Positions 1-12,274 of a stretch of DNA of 64,000 bases are shown one piece after another. Position numbers and translations under genes: made by a program. The stretch covers positions 13,826,001-13,890,000 of the forward strand of contig OZ024747.1 in the NCBI GenBank assembly GCA_964016885.1, given 5' to 3'. The stretch comes from Eledone cirrhosa (lineage: Eukaryota). Under the pieces are notes generated by a model, which saw nothing but the letters and a program-made list of their open reading frames with translations, ran no database searches and was not told where the DNA came from. Each line of letters begins with the position of its first letter. Positions within the stretch are counted from its first letter, which is position 1.

Positions 1-3000
1 TTTTAGTTGCCTCTTATGACACAGGGATAGTGTATTGTAAAAGGGAAGTATGAAGTATGATGCTTTGTGTCACCATTGACAGCAATATATATGAATCAAC
101 AGACCTCCTTTACCTAGCTGCAAATACCTCATCAGCATTGTGTCTTGCTCATTCACAGTTTTATGTTAGCCAGGTTGTCATGTTAGTAGGTTTTGCAAGT
201 AGACAGGTTAGATGACCATGTCTTGCTCATATGATGCAGTTTCTAGAACTGGATTCCAACATTTAATGCTAATCACTTAACATTTTATTGTAACTACTTT
301 TCATTGTGAACTGGGTGCATGATATTGTGACACTAGCACTACCAGTTCAGTCTGGAATGGGTACATATTATTGTGGCACCAACACTGTAACTTTACAGTG
401 TATTGATGACTCCCACAATTATTGACCTGTATATCAGTTGGTTGGTATATTATCTGATCCTATGCTAAGTGAGAATCTCTAGGTGGTACTTAACCAGCTA
501 AATGACAGTGATTAAAGTAAACAAAGAAAGTTATTTGTATACCTGCTATATATAAAAGACTTCAAATTGAGTCGTTAAGGAGACAGATTAAAAATGCCTT
601 AACATTTTGAGTTCAAATCCTGTGACGGTCAACTTTCCTTTTCATCCTTGCAAGGTCGATATAGTACTGGTGTTGAGGATTTTTAATTCTCTGGAAAAAA
701 TTGGCTGTGTTCCAACTTAGAGGGGAATGAACTCCACCAGGTTTTAAATGTCCTAGACACACTATCAAGACAGTGCCCCAACAACTCCATCACGAGTTAA
801 GGGCCCTATAAAGACCAGTGATTAGGAAATTAATAGGCTCATTCCTATATTGTATGTAGGTTCATTAGATAGAATATAGGAAAGTACAGTCAACCCTTTG
901 ATAACGAATAGAATCATGTTAACAAACGGCTTCCTCATTAAAATAACGAAATGTTGCTTGAGCTCGCCCATGCAATTTCTGTATGCGTGTGCATGACATA
1001 AATTTTATGTTGAATTATTTCCCTTAGATCAGATTCTTAATGTATCAAAACAAACTAGAAGTAAATTATTTTTATGGATGTATTTTTTTTTATTTTTAAG
1101 GGAAAGCTTTGGGCGTAGACTTTCGGTATTAGGTCTTTAGATGCGGTCACAAATTATGTTCTGCAGTAAATCAAAATGTCAACTGTATCGTACTAAGTTC
1201 GTTTTGTTTCGCTATTAGAGACAAATGTAATTATCTTCACTTTGAAACCTGTCTAATAAAAAAAATAACATCCATGGTTATGTTTTAGGGGAAATTACAC
1301 CGAAATAACAGTATTGAGTTCTACGCTTGTTTGTTAAGAATGGTCGGACGCCATGCTTTGACGCATAGAGTTACGGCCCTTGCCATTCTGAGTTAAATCC
1401 CGCCGAGGTTAACTTTGCCTTTCATCCTTACGGGGTCGATAAAATAAACTATCAGTAATACACTGGGATAATTGCTGGCTTTGTTCCAAAAAGTAGAAAC
1501 AATTATTATTGATAGTAATACTATCTTTTGTTGCTAATTGAACAATTAATATGTGATTTGTTTCTAAAACGACCAGATTAAGCTCTGGTCTATTGGATAT
1601 ATTCAGGAAGTCTACCTTGGAAAAAAGAAAAACAAACCCTTTTACGATATTATTAATGAAATATCAGCAGTTTAACACCCATTTTCCCACACAATCGTGG
1701 GTTAGACGAGTTGCCCCATTGTGATACAAGCCTGGTCCGATGACCATCTCTTGCTCATACAGAACTAGTTTTGGCTTTATTTCTATGGATGGATACCCTT
1801 CCTAACACCAACCACATTTACAGTGTGCGTAAGAAATACATTATATAAATTAATGAAAGGATATGGAAGGACTTACTAAAATTATCATGGTATTTGTAAC
1901 AGAACTTTGATATGTTCTATATCAAACAAATTAATTTAGATAGGAACCTTTTTAAATTGAGTGGTTTTGTTTCATAGAACAAGATTGTATCTATCATTCA
2001 ACATTCACTGAATATATAGTTAACAAACACCTTTGGAAAACGCTTCCTTGTCATGTCTATGTATCTAATTCATTTAGATGTTGTAGTTCTTTAACATACT
2101 GTAATAATGTAGCAGAAAATATCTAAAAACGGGTGTTAATTCAAAGGTTTATTTATATTGTTTTTGATTAGTTGAGAAATTGTGGAAATTTGCAATATCA
2201 GAGTAAGGATTTCAATTTTTAATATGATGCAGTCGTTTATATGGTTTTATAATTTTCAAGGAAGTCTTCTTAATGTGGTCATGTGTGGTACAGGACGTTA
2301 AGAGTTAACTGTGCCAATGCTGATGTCAGATATTTGGTAATTTTAAAAACAGTTTGTATAGTATATTTGGGAAAGAACAATGAAGTGTAAATTCATTAGA
2401 GACAAACTTTTAAATAAGATTTATTTTTCTTTGAAAATGTTAAAAACATAACATGAAATTTGAAGGAATGTAGAAGCAGCCAAGAAACAGAATATTAAAA
2501 CAGCAGTGAATCCTTTTAAGAAAGAACTTAATCTGTCCCCACACAATTACTATTTGAACCATAACCAGCTCTGAACCACCAGACAATTCTGCTTTTTCAA
2601 TGTAAAGGTTAAAACCCTTTCACCATATTTCTAATAAAAGACACTGCCTATGATGTTCAAATAATTTTGATAGGTTTTAGTAAAATAACAGTAAGGTTAC
2701 AATTCATAAAAGTGAAACACCAAACTTTAACCATTTTATTGCTACATTTCTAACAAAATACAGTTTATAATTTTCAAATAATTTTGAAAATATTCAGCAG
2801 AATAACTAACTTTCCCCATTATCTGGTGTTTGGAGCAGAGCTCAAAAGGTTCTTAGAGAATTAGGAGGGAAGCTTTTTTTTTTTTTTTTTTTTTTAAAGA
2901 TAAATATAAACATTTTGAAACAGTTTTTCATAGAAGCTGGGGCTGTTTTGTATCAAAAGAGTTAAAAATCAGTGAATAGAAAACAAAAATGAAAATAATT

Positions 3001-4494
3001 TATTTTAAAGTTACGTAAAATAACCATTAAGGTTTATGCGGTGTGATCTATTAACTCAATTTTGAAATCTTAAATAGTGGGTAAATTTACAATAAAGACA
3101 TATCTATTTTAGGAAGCTTACTTGAACCATATTTCTATCAAAATACCAGTCAGTATGTTTCATTTGTTTAAAACAGACATGGGCAACCATTGGGTTGCAC
3201 AGTGTGGCTCATCATAAGGCAGGCTGCACTACAAACCAATTTTGAGATTAGGTGTGCTATTCAGAAAGCCAAACAGGCCTATGACTGGTTTAAAATGACC
3301 AAATCTTTTGAGAGTTTCATAAAACAATCTTTTTTCTTTTTCTTAAAGATGTTTGGAACATAATTTTATTTTTAATGAGATTAAGATGAGAAGTTTTAAT
3401 TTAAATAAAAATGTTTGCATCAAAAAACCAAGGTTGTCTTAAAAAATGTTATAAAAAAAAAAAAAAAGGATGCCTCAGTGAAGTGGTGAGTTGGCAACCC
3501 AGTTACAATTCCAAGTTGTTAGGACAGGAATTAATATATCCCACTCTCTTCTCTTTCCATGAAATCTCTAAGAAAGTATATTGTTTGGATTTTGAAATAT
3601 TTGAAAAAGTTGTGTAAAAACTTGTAAATAAAACATAAATATCTTCCCTTTCTTATAAACTTGTTTGTAGTGAATAAAAACAAATTGAAAATCTGGATAA
3701 ATAAATACTGTGTAAAATATGCTTGCGTTTGGACTATGGCATTCCTGTATTAGAGAATATCATTTCAGTGGTGAAACAAAAGGCATGTTTGTATGGTTTT
3801 GGGAGTTTGCTTTGCAACCATGTGGTTTCGGGTGGGATCCCACTGCGCGGCAGCTTGGGCAGATGTCCTACTATAGCTTTGTGTGTGAAATTTGGTTGAT
3901 GGAAACTATGCTGCGTACATATATATATATATGTGCGTGTTTTTACATTCACTGCTTGCTCCTCTGAACTACCAAGGCATGTACTGCCCCCACCATTCTT
4001 TACAGTGCTAACTCCCTCAACAAAATAATACAATTGAACCTTTTTTTCTTTAAAACAACCCCACCAACACAGTTTGAAAATTCAAATTAAACATCTTTTT
4101 CCATCTTTAAGAGTCTTCACTCTATTTTATAGCATCTCTGTACATAAGCACACCATTCTTTATATAAACATCAGTCATTGACTTCACTAGTCAAAAAGAG
4201 GTAGCAAACAGTCTCATATCATTAAAACACACAGAAGACCTATAAGAGGTCGGCTAAATCTGCATGGGTATGAACCATAACAACAAAAGCAAACAAGCTG
4301 ATGATACCCAGAAGACCTATGAGATGCAGCAGCTTATATAAGGTACGCTAAATCTGTAGAGCCATAACAAGAACAAACAGTCCAAGAAGGGACAGTACCT
4401 CACATGTTAAAAACAATATATGTAGTATCACTTGGTGAGAAGAATAGTCAACACATGTTTAAATCCCTCTAAAAGTAATTTTATAACCATCATG

Positions 4495-4670
4495 TCATGA
4501 CTGTATCATCTTTTTCTTTGGGTCAAAAATATATCGTTTGAATGACAAAATGATTTTCACAGGTTCCTTATCTGCAACAGAAGCAGAAGCAGCAGCATCA
4601 GCAGCATCAGCATTTTTTCCCTTCTTCTTTGTACTTGAGTATCTCTGCTGGACTTCATCACTTAAACCAT
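4495..4670 (-). CDS. EEFSEC: EEFSEC exon 7 (terminal coding exon)
   Basis: TTGCAG| (N)GLSDEVQQRYSSTKKKGK...VKIILSFKRYIFDPKKKMIQS-TGA. Matches the eEFSec C-terminal FKRY.FD...M.Q motif. Total CDS 1662 nt. Confidence 0.94.
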
Positions 4671-5079
4671 CTGCAATATATATATATGGAAATATAAATA
4701 TACACACACACATAGCTATAAATATTATTTTCTACATTTACTAAGAATTTCAATTTACTTGACATTTCAATGATTTATTTACAAATGTTGCTGCATTCAA
4801 AACTGATTATTTAGCTTCTATCATCATCATCGTTTAGCTGGCCTCCTTTTGGGGGTGTATTAATGATAGGAGCCTAATCCTATCTAGACAGTAATTGTCG
4901 TCAAGGGTTGTTTAGCACAATGGTACAGAGCGATCAAACATATCTGCAAGACACAATCATCTAACATGTCTATCTAGCCTCAGAATTTGACAACCTATCA
5001 AACCCATGCAAGCATGGACAAATAAACGTAAAACAATGATGATGGTAATTTGAATATGTAAAGAAAAATGCTTACTTAC

Positions 5080-5755
5080 TTGGAATACGAATCTTTACTT
5101 TACCACTTTGGCCAAAACTGCTCTCAATGATACCATTCTCACCACTTGATAAAGTCACTTTGAGGTTGACAAAAGCCTGGATATTTGTTTCTTTCTTGAA
5201 TAAATCCTTGCCAATAAGTGAATGGGCATCGGAAACTCGTTCAATCCTTCCCTCACGGGACTTCATTTTAAATATCTTGAGTTCTGCTAGTTTACCCTCC
5301 TTGTACTTAGAGTCAGTGTAATTTTTTAATAGTTTTCCATGGAAGGCGATCCGACACACATTTGCATTGATATCGCAGTCAAGTTTGGAGCCAATTACTA
5401 GACAAGAAGGCAAACATGTAATGGGTTTCTCAAATTCCAAGAGAGCATATTGGCAAAGCTGGGGTTGCTTTTCAAGTAATTCTTCTTGGTAGTTATATTC
5501 TCTAGAAAGATCTAAATTATTGTCTTGGTCAGAAACATTTTCAGTACCAAAAAATGTCACATGGGCCATAATAGTCTCATGACCGATGGTTATGTGGAAC
5601 TTGGCATTAGTTGATACAGTTCCTTTGTAGTAGGGGATTTTCTTTACAGATATTAAGCCTGCATAGATAGTGGGTAGGGAACCAGGAGAACATACAAGGC
5701 CCCGCTCCAGGAGTTTGGGGTCGAACTGTGTCACACAAATACCAGCACGGTCACC
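5080..5755 (-). CDS. EEFSEC: EEFSEC exon 6
   Basis: TTTGTAG| GDRAGICVTQFDPKLLERG...KFHITIGHET...CRIAFHG...SFGQSGKVKIRIP |GTAAGT. 676 nt, phase 0 to 1. Confidence 0.97.
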
Positions 5756-5992
5756 CTACAAAACAAAACAAAATACTGAAGTAACATCATCAATACAACA
5801 TTTTAAAGAGAGTAATTGGACATTTTCTTTTGGTATCCCCAATACAAAAAGTCGATAGGGTCTACATGGATTTTTGATTGTTTATTGAAGTTAGAATGGT
5901 CATGGTTTGTTGGAATTAATAAGAGTAAAATTAAATTTACAGCTCACACCTAAACAGGTTGAAAAGTATTGGGAATACAATGTTAAAACATT

Positions 5993-6115
5993 ACCTCAGA
6001 ACACTCATAAGACAGTTGTATGTCCCAACTGCTGGCTCAACAATGGAATACCATTGGAGCCAAGCACAGTTGATGGGCACACTTCATATTTGCGCAGAGT
6101 TTAGTCATCATTGGT
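5993..6115 (-). ncRNA. Candidate intronic box C/D snoRNA/scaRNA, copy 1 (EEFSEC intron 5, host sense strand)
   Basis: Minus strand reads ACCA-ATGATGA (box C, 6111-6105) ... CTGA (box D, 5999-5996)-GGT, with an ACC/GGT terminal stem and a long internal hairpin. Paralog at 6836-6958. Confidence 0.72.
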
Positions 6116-6835
6116 GGGAACAAAGGTCAGAAAATATTAAAAGGATAGGAAAAGATCATCATCATCATTACTGTTTTATGTCTAGTTTTCATGCTTGCAA
6201 GAGTGAAACAGGTTATCACATATAGAAGCTAAATAAGCTTTCCCCAAAATATGGGGCTTATTTGAATTTCCGCATTCCCCATTTCCAATGTCAAAAGCCT
6301 TTGACAGATCTACAAATGCAACCAAGAGGTCTGAAATTGCTTCCTAAATATCTCTTGAAGCTGCCCTTGTAACGAAGATCATATCGACTGACTTGATCGC
6401 TTCAAAAGCCATACTGTGACTGATGTAATATTTTAATGACAGTAGATGAGCTATTGATGGATGTGTAATTCTAGTATGCATGATGGCATAGCATGGATGA
6501 GCTGGGAGAAAAACTTAGTATAAGAGAGATCAAATGTAGTGTGCAAGGGAGAATATTGCATTGGTATGAATATATGATGTGCATAGATGATGATCACTGG
6601 GTAAAAAAGTTTCAAGTTTTCAATGGAAGGATGTTACTGAAGTGGAAAAGTGAGAAAACCTGGGCATAAGTGGTGGATGAAGGAACACAAGTAGAGGAAA
6701 GCTGAGCTGGAGAGACCCATCTAACCTATACAAGCTTGGAAAAGTAAATGTAAAAAAAATTGTGATGTCCAGCAGTTTGAGCATCCCTACAGACAGACTC
6801 ACTAATTCACTAAGCTAGGATCATGTTGCCATATT

Positions 6836-6958
6836 ACCTCAGAACACTCTAAAGACAGTTGCATGTCCCAGCTGTCGGCTCAACAATGGAATATCACTGG
6901 AGCCAGGTACAGTCAATGGACATACTTCATATTTGCGCAGAGTTTAGTCATCATTGGT
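6836..6958 (-). ncRNA. Candidate intronic box C/D snoRNA/scaRNA, copy 2
   Basis: Same 123-nt length and identical boxes and 5' segment (ATGATGACTAAACTCTGCGCAAATATGAAGT). Several hairpin substitutions keep base pairing. Confidence 0.72.
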
Positions 6959-7104
6959 GGGAACAAGAGAAGGTCAGAAAACATTAACTATTTCTTATGA
7001 AATGCAATGCCTATGATTTTCAAATAATTGTCATGTCCGACCATAATGAGGGACCGATTTGGAGTTAAACAACAACCACAAATACACTGATTTACTGAAC
7101 TGAC

Positions 7105-7188
7105 CTGGACAATTTTCTCAACTGGTAAACGAAACATTTGGATTGATTTTACATTTTTAGTAACTTTCAGAGATGGGATTTCGATGGT
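7105..7188 (-). CDS. EEFSEC: EEFSEC exon 5
   Basis: TTTTCCAG| TIEIPSLKVTKNVKSIQMFRLPVEKIVQ |GTCAGT. 84 nt. Confidence 0.95.
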
Positions 7189-7336
7189 CTGGAAAAGAAA
7201 AATCAATAAAACACTGCAATTAATCAAACTCATACCTGATGGAGTCAAATGGACACTAGTTAGTGACAATGAATGTGTTATAAGAACTTTAAATCCACAC
7301 TTCTCCAGGTCTGAACATAGCTGATTTCTTACAGAG

Positions 7337-7457
7337 AATAATAATAATAATGAAATTATTGTGTACAGTGCTCAGGTGCATTACAACTCATCAAAGGTGC
7401 ATGTATAGTACATAGAATAATGTACAAATGTCAGAAAAATGAACTGTATGAGTCATG

Positions 7458-7490
<33 letters not shown>

Positions 7491-7820
7491 AATATTGTGT
7501 ACAGTGCCCAGGTGCACCACAACTCATCAAAAAGTGCATGTACAGTACATAGGGCAATGCACAAACATCAGTAAAATGAACAGTGCACGAGTCATGATAC
7601 ACATGTGTGCATGTGTATGGAAGGGATACATCAGGTGTAGTTTTGGCGTATTTCGGGAAGCATGAGTGTCTTAAAGGATGCAGTGTCTCGGTAGCTAACA
7701 ACTGACGCAGGCAGTTTGTTCCATGCTTCAGCAACTCTGAGCGTGAAAAAATGTCTACGAAAGTCATGGGAGCTGTGCTGTTTTCTGATTTTGTAGGCAT
7801 GTCCACGTGTGTTAGACACA
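7337..7820 (-). mobile_element. CR1-clade LINE 3' fragment plus a second, adjacent copy of its 3' UTR
   Basis: TRGHAYKIRKQHS..FRRHFFTLRVAEAWNKLPASVV is the CR1-group ORF2 C-terminus. (ATT)n tails at about 7458-7488 and 7337-7351. Confidence 0.85.
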
Positions 7821-8740
7821 CGGAGATCAAAAAGGAGAGAAAGAATTAACTCAGTACTGGATAGCTACTTTTTTTTATCAACTTCAAAAGGATGAAAGAC
7901 AAAGTTGAACTCGGCAGGATTGGTGCTCAGAACACAGAGCCAGAACTAATACTGAAAAGAATTCCATCTGATGTTCTATTGACTCACTGCATTTGATAGC
8001 ATTGATAGAAGTGGCGTAAATATAGAGGGAAATAAAGGCTATATTATAAAATTAAACTGAGACAAACAACAAGTGAGAAATTGGCAGAGTCATTAAAAAC
8101 ATTGGATTAGTTGCTACAGTATTTGAGAAATACACTCCAATATTTTAACTCAGAGATAACTTCTTTAATAAAGACACTGCTATGTGTATAATATGGATAT
8201 GAACTAGACATTTTCTGACCGTGTTTCTTACTATTTCAATTAATTAACGATAAATTTTGAAGAAATTACTAAAATTATTAATCATTTCGTAACGAAGATA
8301 GTTACTTAACATATGATTCTTATATAAAACATGCTGAAAGATTATAATTTAAATAGTAACCCATTAAAATGGGTGATTTATTTCATAAAACCAGACCTGG
8401 GTTTGGTTGGGCTGGTCTCAAAAGAATTTAGAAACTCCTTACTTTGAATGACAGGGAGACAACTCTTGCAATTCATAATGGATATCTTATGTGGCGTAGG
8501 ATCTAAGAATGAAAGCTTCGCAGTTGTCTGATGCTCTAACGACTCTGACAATCTACCACTGTCATCATGATAATAATAATAATAATAATAATGATGGTTT
8601 CTGATTAAGGCACAAGGCCAGCAATATGGAGGAAGGTCGAAGTTGATTAAATCGATCCAGAACGTAAAGGGTCATAACTAAGCTGCGAAGCAGGGTGTCC
8701 AACCCACTGCTCTTAATAATAATAATAATAATGAACTCAC

Positions 8741-8926
8741 CTCATTGATTGAGACACTGCCACTAAGCACAGTACCAGTCATCACAGTTCCTTGTCCTCG
8801 AATTGAAAAGCAATGGTCAACAGAGAAAGTAAAAGGTCCAGTAAGGTTTCGTTCTGGAATATAGGTGTACTTCTTTAGGGCTTCAAGCAGTTCCACTATA
8901 CCTTCGGATTTAGGGTTATCTCCAGT
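8741..8926 (-). CDS. EEFSEC: EEFSEC exon 4
   Basis: CCTACAG| TGDNPKSEGIVELLEAL...SVDHCFSIRGQGTVMTGTVLSGSVSINE |GTGAGT. 186 nt, start of domain II. Confidence 0.96.
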
Positions 8927-9545
8927 CTGTAGGGATAAAACATCTTAATAAGAACAGCCATAAATTTAACAAATAACCTGCTATCTACTTACTTGTCATT
9001 TTCATCATCATCATCACCACCATTTTATGTATTTGTTTATGTTTGTATGGGTTAGATTGGTTATCACATTCTGAAGCTAGACTGATCAGATGACAGTGTC
9101 TCCCTCATGCTTTATATTTTGGCTTGGTTTCTATGGCTAGATGATTTCCTAATACCAACCACTTGGTATGTACTAACTACATTTTATTGTGGCACTGCCC
9201 CTACCACCTAACATGATGGACTGGGTGCTATTTATTGTAGCCCCACCACCACCATTTTTTACATGATTGTGTGTCCTTGACCAGGTTGGGGAGGCAGTGA
9301 TATTTATTGATATTAGAGACTGTTGTTTATTGTGCACAGGAAGATTTTTAGAAAAATTTCTTAACACAGCAGCAGGAAGAACAAAATAAAACAAAAATGA
9401 AATATGGAAAAAGATAGCTAGAACTGACAAAACATCACAAGGGTTGTAAAAATAAAATTGTTAAGGTGAGACCAAAGTAAGAACTCAGACAAAATCTGCC
9501 AAGCCCAAACAGAAGTCAGAATGATGTTTGAAAAAATTTACCAAC

Positions 9546-9635
9546 CTCAGTTTCTCCAGGATTAGCAGACACTGCAATTATTGGGGATTTGGCAAACTTT
9601 GTGGACTCCAGTGTTTTAAGTAACCGCTTGGTCAT
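9546..9635 (-). CDS. EEFSEC: EEFSEC exon 3
   Basis: TTTCCAG| MTKRLLKTLESTKFAKSPIIAVSANPGETE |GTTGGT. 90 nt, contains the G5-like VSA motif. Not in the supplied ORF track. Confidence 0.93.
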
Positions 9636-9935
9636 CTGGAAATAGTAAATGTTTCAAATGTTAGGGTATAAATATGATGATAGTCATAGTAATACACCAT
9701 CAATCAATTTGAGTGATGGAAACCAAGTGAAGAGCTGCTGAAAGCTGATCCCAATAAATGGAATCTCCCAAATGAGATGACAAAGGAAAGAAATAAAGAG
9801 AGATATGGTACTGGAGAGGCCTCATCTTATTAATGTGAGCAAAGAAAAATGGATGTAAAAATGATGATGATGATCTTCCAATCACTCTTTAGAATGAGTA
9901 GGGGACTAATTCTTTTTACAACTGATCTTCTTCTT

Positions 9936-10221
9936 CATCATCATCATCATCATCTGGCGACCTCAGCCGAAATCGACTCAACAATTGAACTCCACGTGGG
10001 TCTGTTGCTCATTGCCGCTGCCAAATTCTGGATTTCAATACTAGAATCTCTGGAGATGGCATCGGGATAGGAGAGCTTGTGCCCCCTGTTATTAGTGACT
10101 GCTTGTGGTTTCCAAAGCACTAATGGGGACACAGCCTTATAGTTGGCACGATGGCAGTGGCCAGCAAATCTTACTCTCCTTTTACATACGACAGATATGC
10201 GTGGGAGGCCGGCATATTTTA
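9936..10221 (-). mobile_element. RTE/RTE-X LINE 3' fragment
   Basis: Minus translation KRRVRFAGHCHRA...VSPLVLWKP...YPDAISRD...AMSNRPTW, followed by a (GAT)n tail. Confidence 0.8.
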
Positions 10222-11132
10222 GATGAAGATGAGTTTACAAAGTAAGACTTACAATAGAAAATAGAAACTAAAAGAGATAAGAACTTTAACACTAATGAAA
10301 GACACTGCCTTTGATTTTCAAATAGTTTTGAAAATAATCAAGAATTTTGTAATATATCTAACTTACTCATTATTAAGCTGCAGTTTGGTGCATTACCAAT
10401 TCATAATAAAAAATTTGGAAAGATTTAATAATACAATTTTCTCATTTTTAAGCTGGTGTTTGGAGCATAATTTAACATAAGGTTCTTATATAAAATTATG
10501 ATGAACGGTTTCTTTAAATAAATATAAACTCTTTAACATAAATAGCTATAGTGCCATGACAAAAGAATTCAGCTCACCCTGTTAGGTGATAGTGTTGATG
10601 CCATGACAATCAGCATTCTGTTACCAGCACTACCAAAGTGGTACTGCTGGTACTATGATGAAAAGCAACCAGTCCACTCAGTAAGGTGGTAATGCTAGTA
10701 TCACAAAATATGCTCCCAGTCCACACTGTAAGGTGGTTGGTGCTAGGGAGGCACCCAGCAGTAGAAACCAAGCCTAAAACGAAACACATGTGCAGGATGT
10801 GGTCACCTGACCTGCCTAACCCATGCACATTAATTAGTGATGATTGGCAGTATTGGTAGAGGGTCAGATGCCATGCTTTGCAGCATAGAGTTACGGCCCT
10901 TAATGATCTGAGTTCCAATCCCACCGAGGTTAACTTTGCCTTTCATCCTTACGGAGTCGATAAAATAAAGTACCAGTAATGTACTGGGATAATTGCTGGC
11001 CTTGTGCCAAACGTAGAAACAATTAGTGATGATGATGATGATGATGATGTACAAATGAGATTGAAGAAATGAGAGAAGAAATAAAATGTGAGAGGAAGTT
11101 TGAACATGCTGGAGAAATGAATGAACCAGTAC

Positions 11133-11302
11133 CTTTTCAGTTGTAGCAGTCTTTTTAGCTGGTGGCAACAAGTCAGTCTTGTTGAGTACTACAATCATTT
11201 TCTCACAGGCAATCTCTCCAACCACGAGACACTCAGCAGTTTGAGTTTGTATCCCTTTAGTGATGTCAACAACCAGGATCATAAGGTCAATAATCTGGGC
11301 AC
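11133..11302 (-). CDS. EEFSEC: EEFSEC exon 2
   Basis: TAG| acceptor. Translates (G)AQIIDLMILVVDITKGIQTQTAECL...VLNKTD (G4 motif). Donor AAG|GTACTG, phase 1 to 0. Confidence 0.96.
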
Positions 11303-12274
11303 CTAAGGAGTGAAAATGAAATGTAATTTACACCTTACTCCTATGCAAGTTTAGTTGGACTCCTATGTAGATTTATTTTATAGGTTTCTTGAGGGTTTTA
11401 ATGACACGACCCCAGTCCCAGAATAATGTTTTCTATTTTAAGTACAAGGTCAGTAATTTTGGGGCAGGGTAATGTCGACTATATCGACCCCAGTACTTGA
11501 CTGGTACTTTATTTTATCAATCACAGATGGATCAAAAGCAAAGTTGACCCCAGTGGGTTTTGAACTCAGACGCCCTACCTACTGTCTCTTCACCATCCTT
11601 CCCTAGACCTACAATACTACTACTACTACTACTAATAATAAAACACTATATTATTTTGCCATGAACCCACTGAAACGAAAGATTGTACATAGGCACCATA
11701 ATCGTCCGTTTATTTATACACGAAAAGCTGCGTAAAATAAAGTATCTTGCTCAAGAACACAATGGATAGCCCGGTTCAGGAATCGAACACATGGTCTTAT
11801 GATTCTGAATCCAACATCCTTAACCCTTTAGCATTTACATTACTCTATATTTACTATTATGTTTTCATGGTGAACACTTTACCACATGTAATTATCTCAC
11901 ACAATATCGAATCTATGAGATTTTGATATTATTTATTTTGAGAACAATACCATAACATCAGTATGAGTGGCCAGTTATGGCTGGTTTGAACAGAAAGGGG
12001 TTAGAAAATTCTGGCCGGTTGAACTAAGTTGTCTTTTCCGATTCACCGGATTCATTTCGCATGTTGGGTTTTATTATTTTTTAATTTTCACTAATACAGA
12101 CAGAGTCGGCTAGACAATTGTTTGTTACCGTGTATGTACAGGTATGGGTGTTATTGCATGTGTGTATGTTTTGAGTTATAAGTACACATATACATGGTTT
12201 TAGACCTATACATGTGTACATGCAGTTATTACTTGCTAAATTTCTGAAATGTTTTACATATTTTTACACTTCTA

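Noticed and set aside
4130-4180. SECIS-like ATGA...AAA...GA in the EEFSEC 3' UTR
   Set aside because: Helix II cannot be paired convincingly by eye.
6015-6087. SECIS element within the duplicated hairpin (ATGA-N12-AA)
   Set aside because: No 3' GA for the quartet after the helix, the AA is not kept in copy 2, and the location is intronic.
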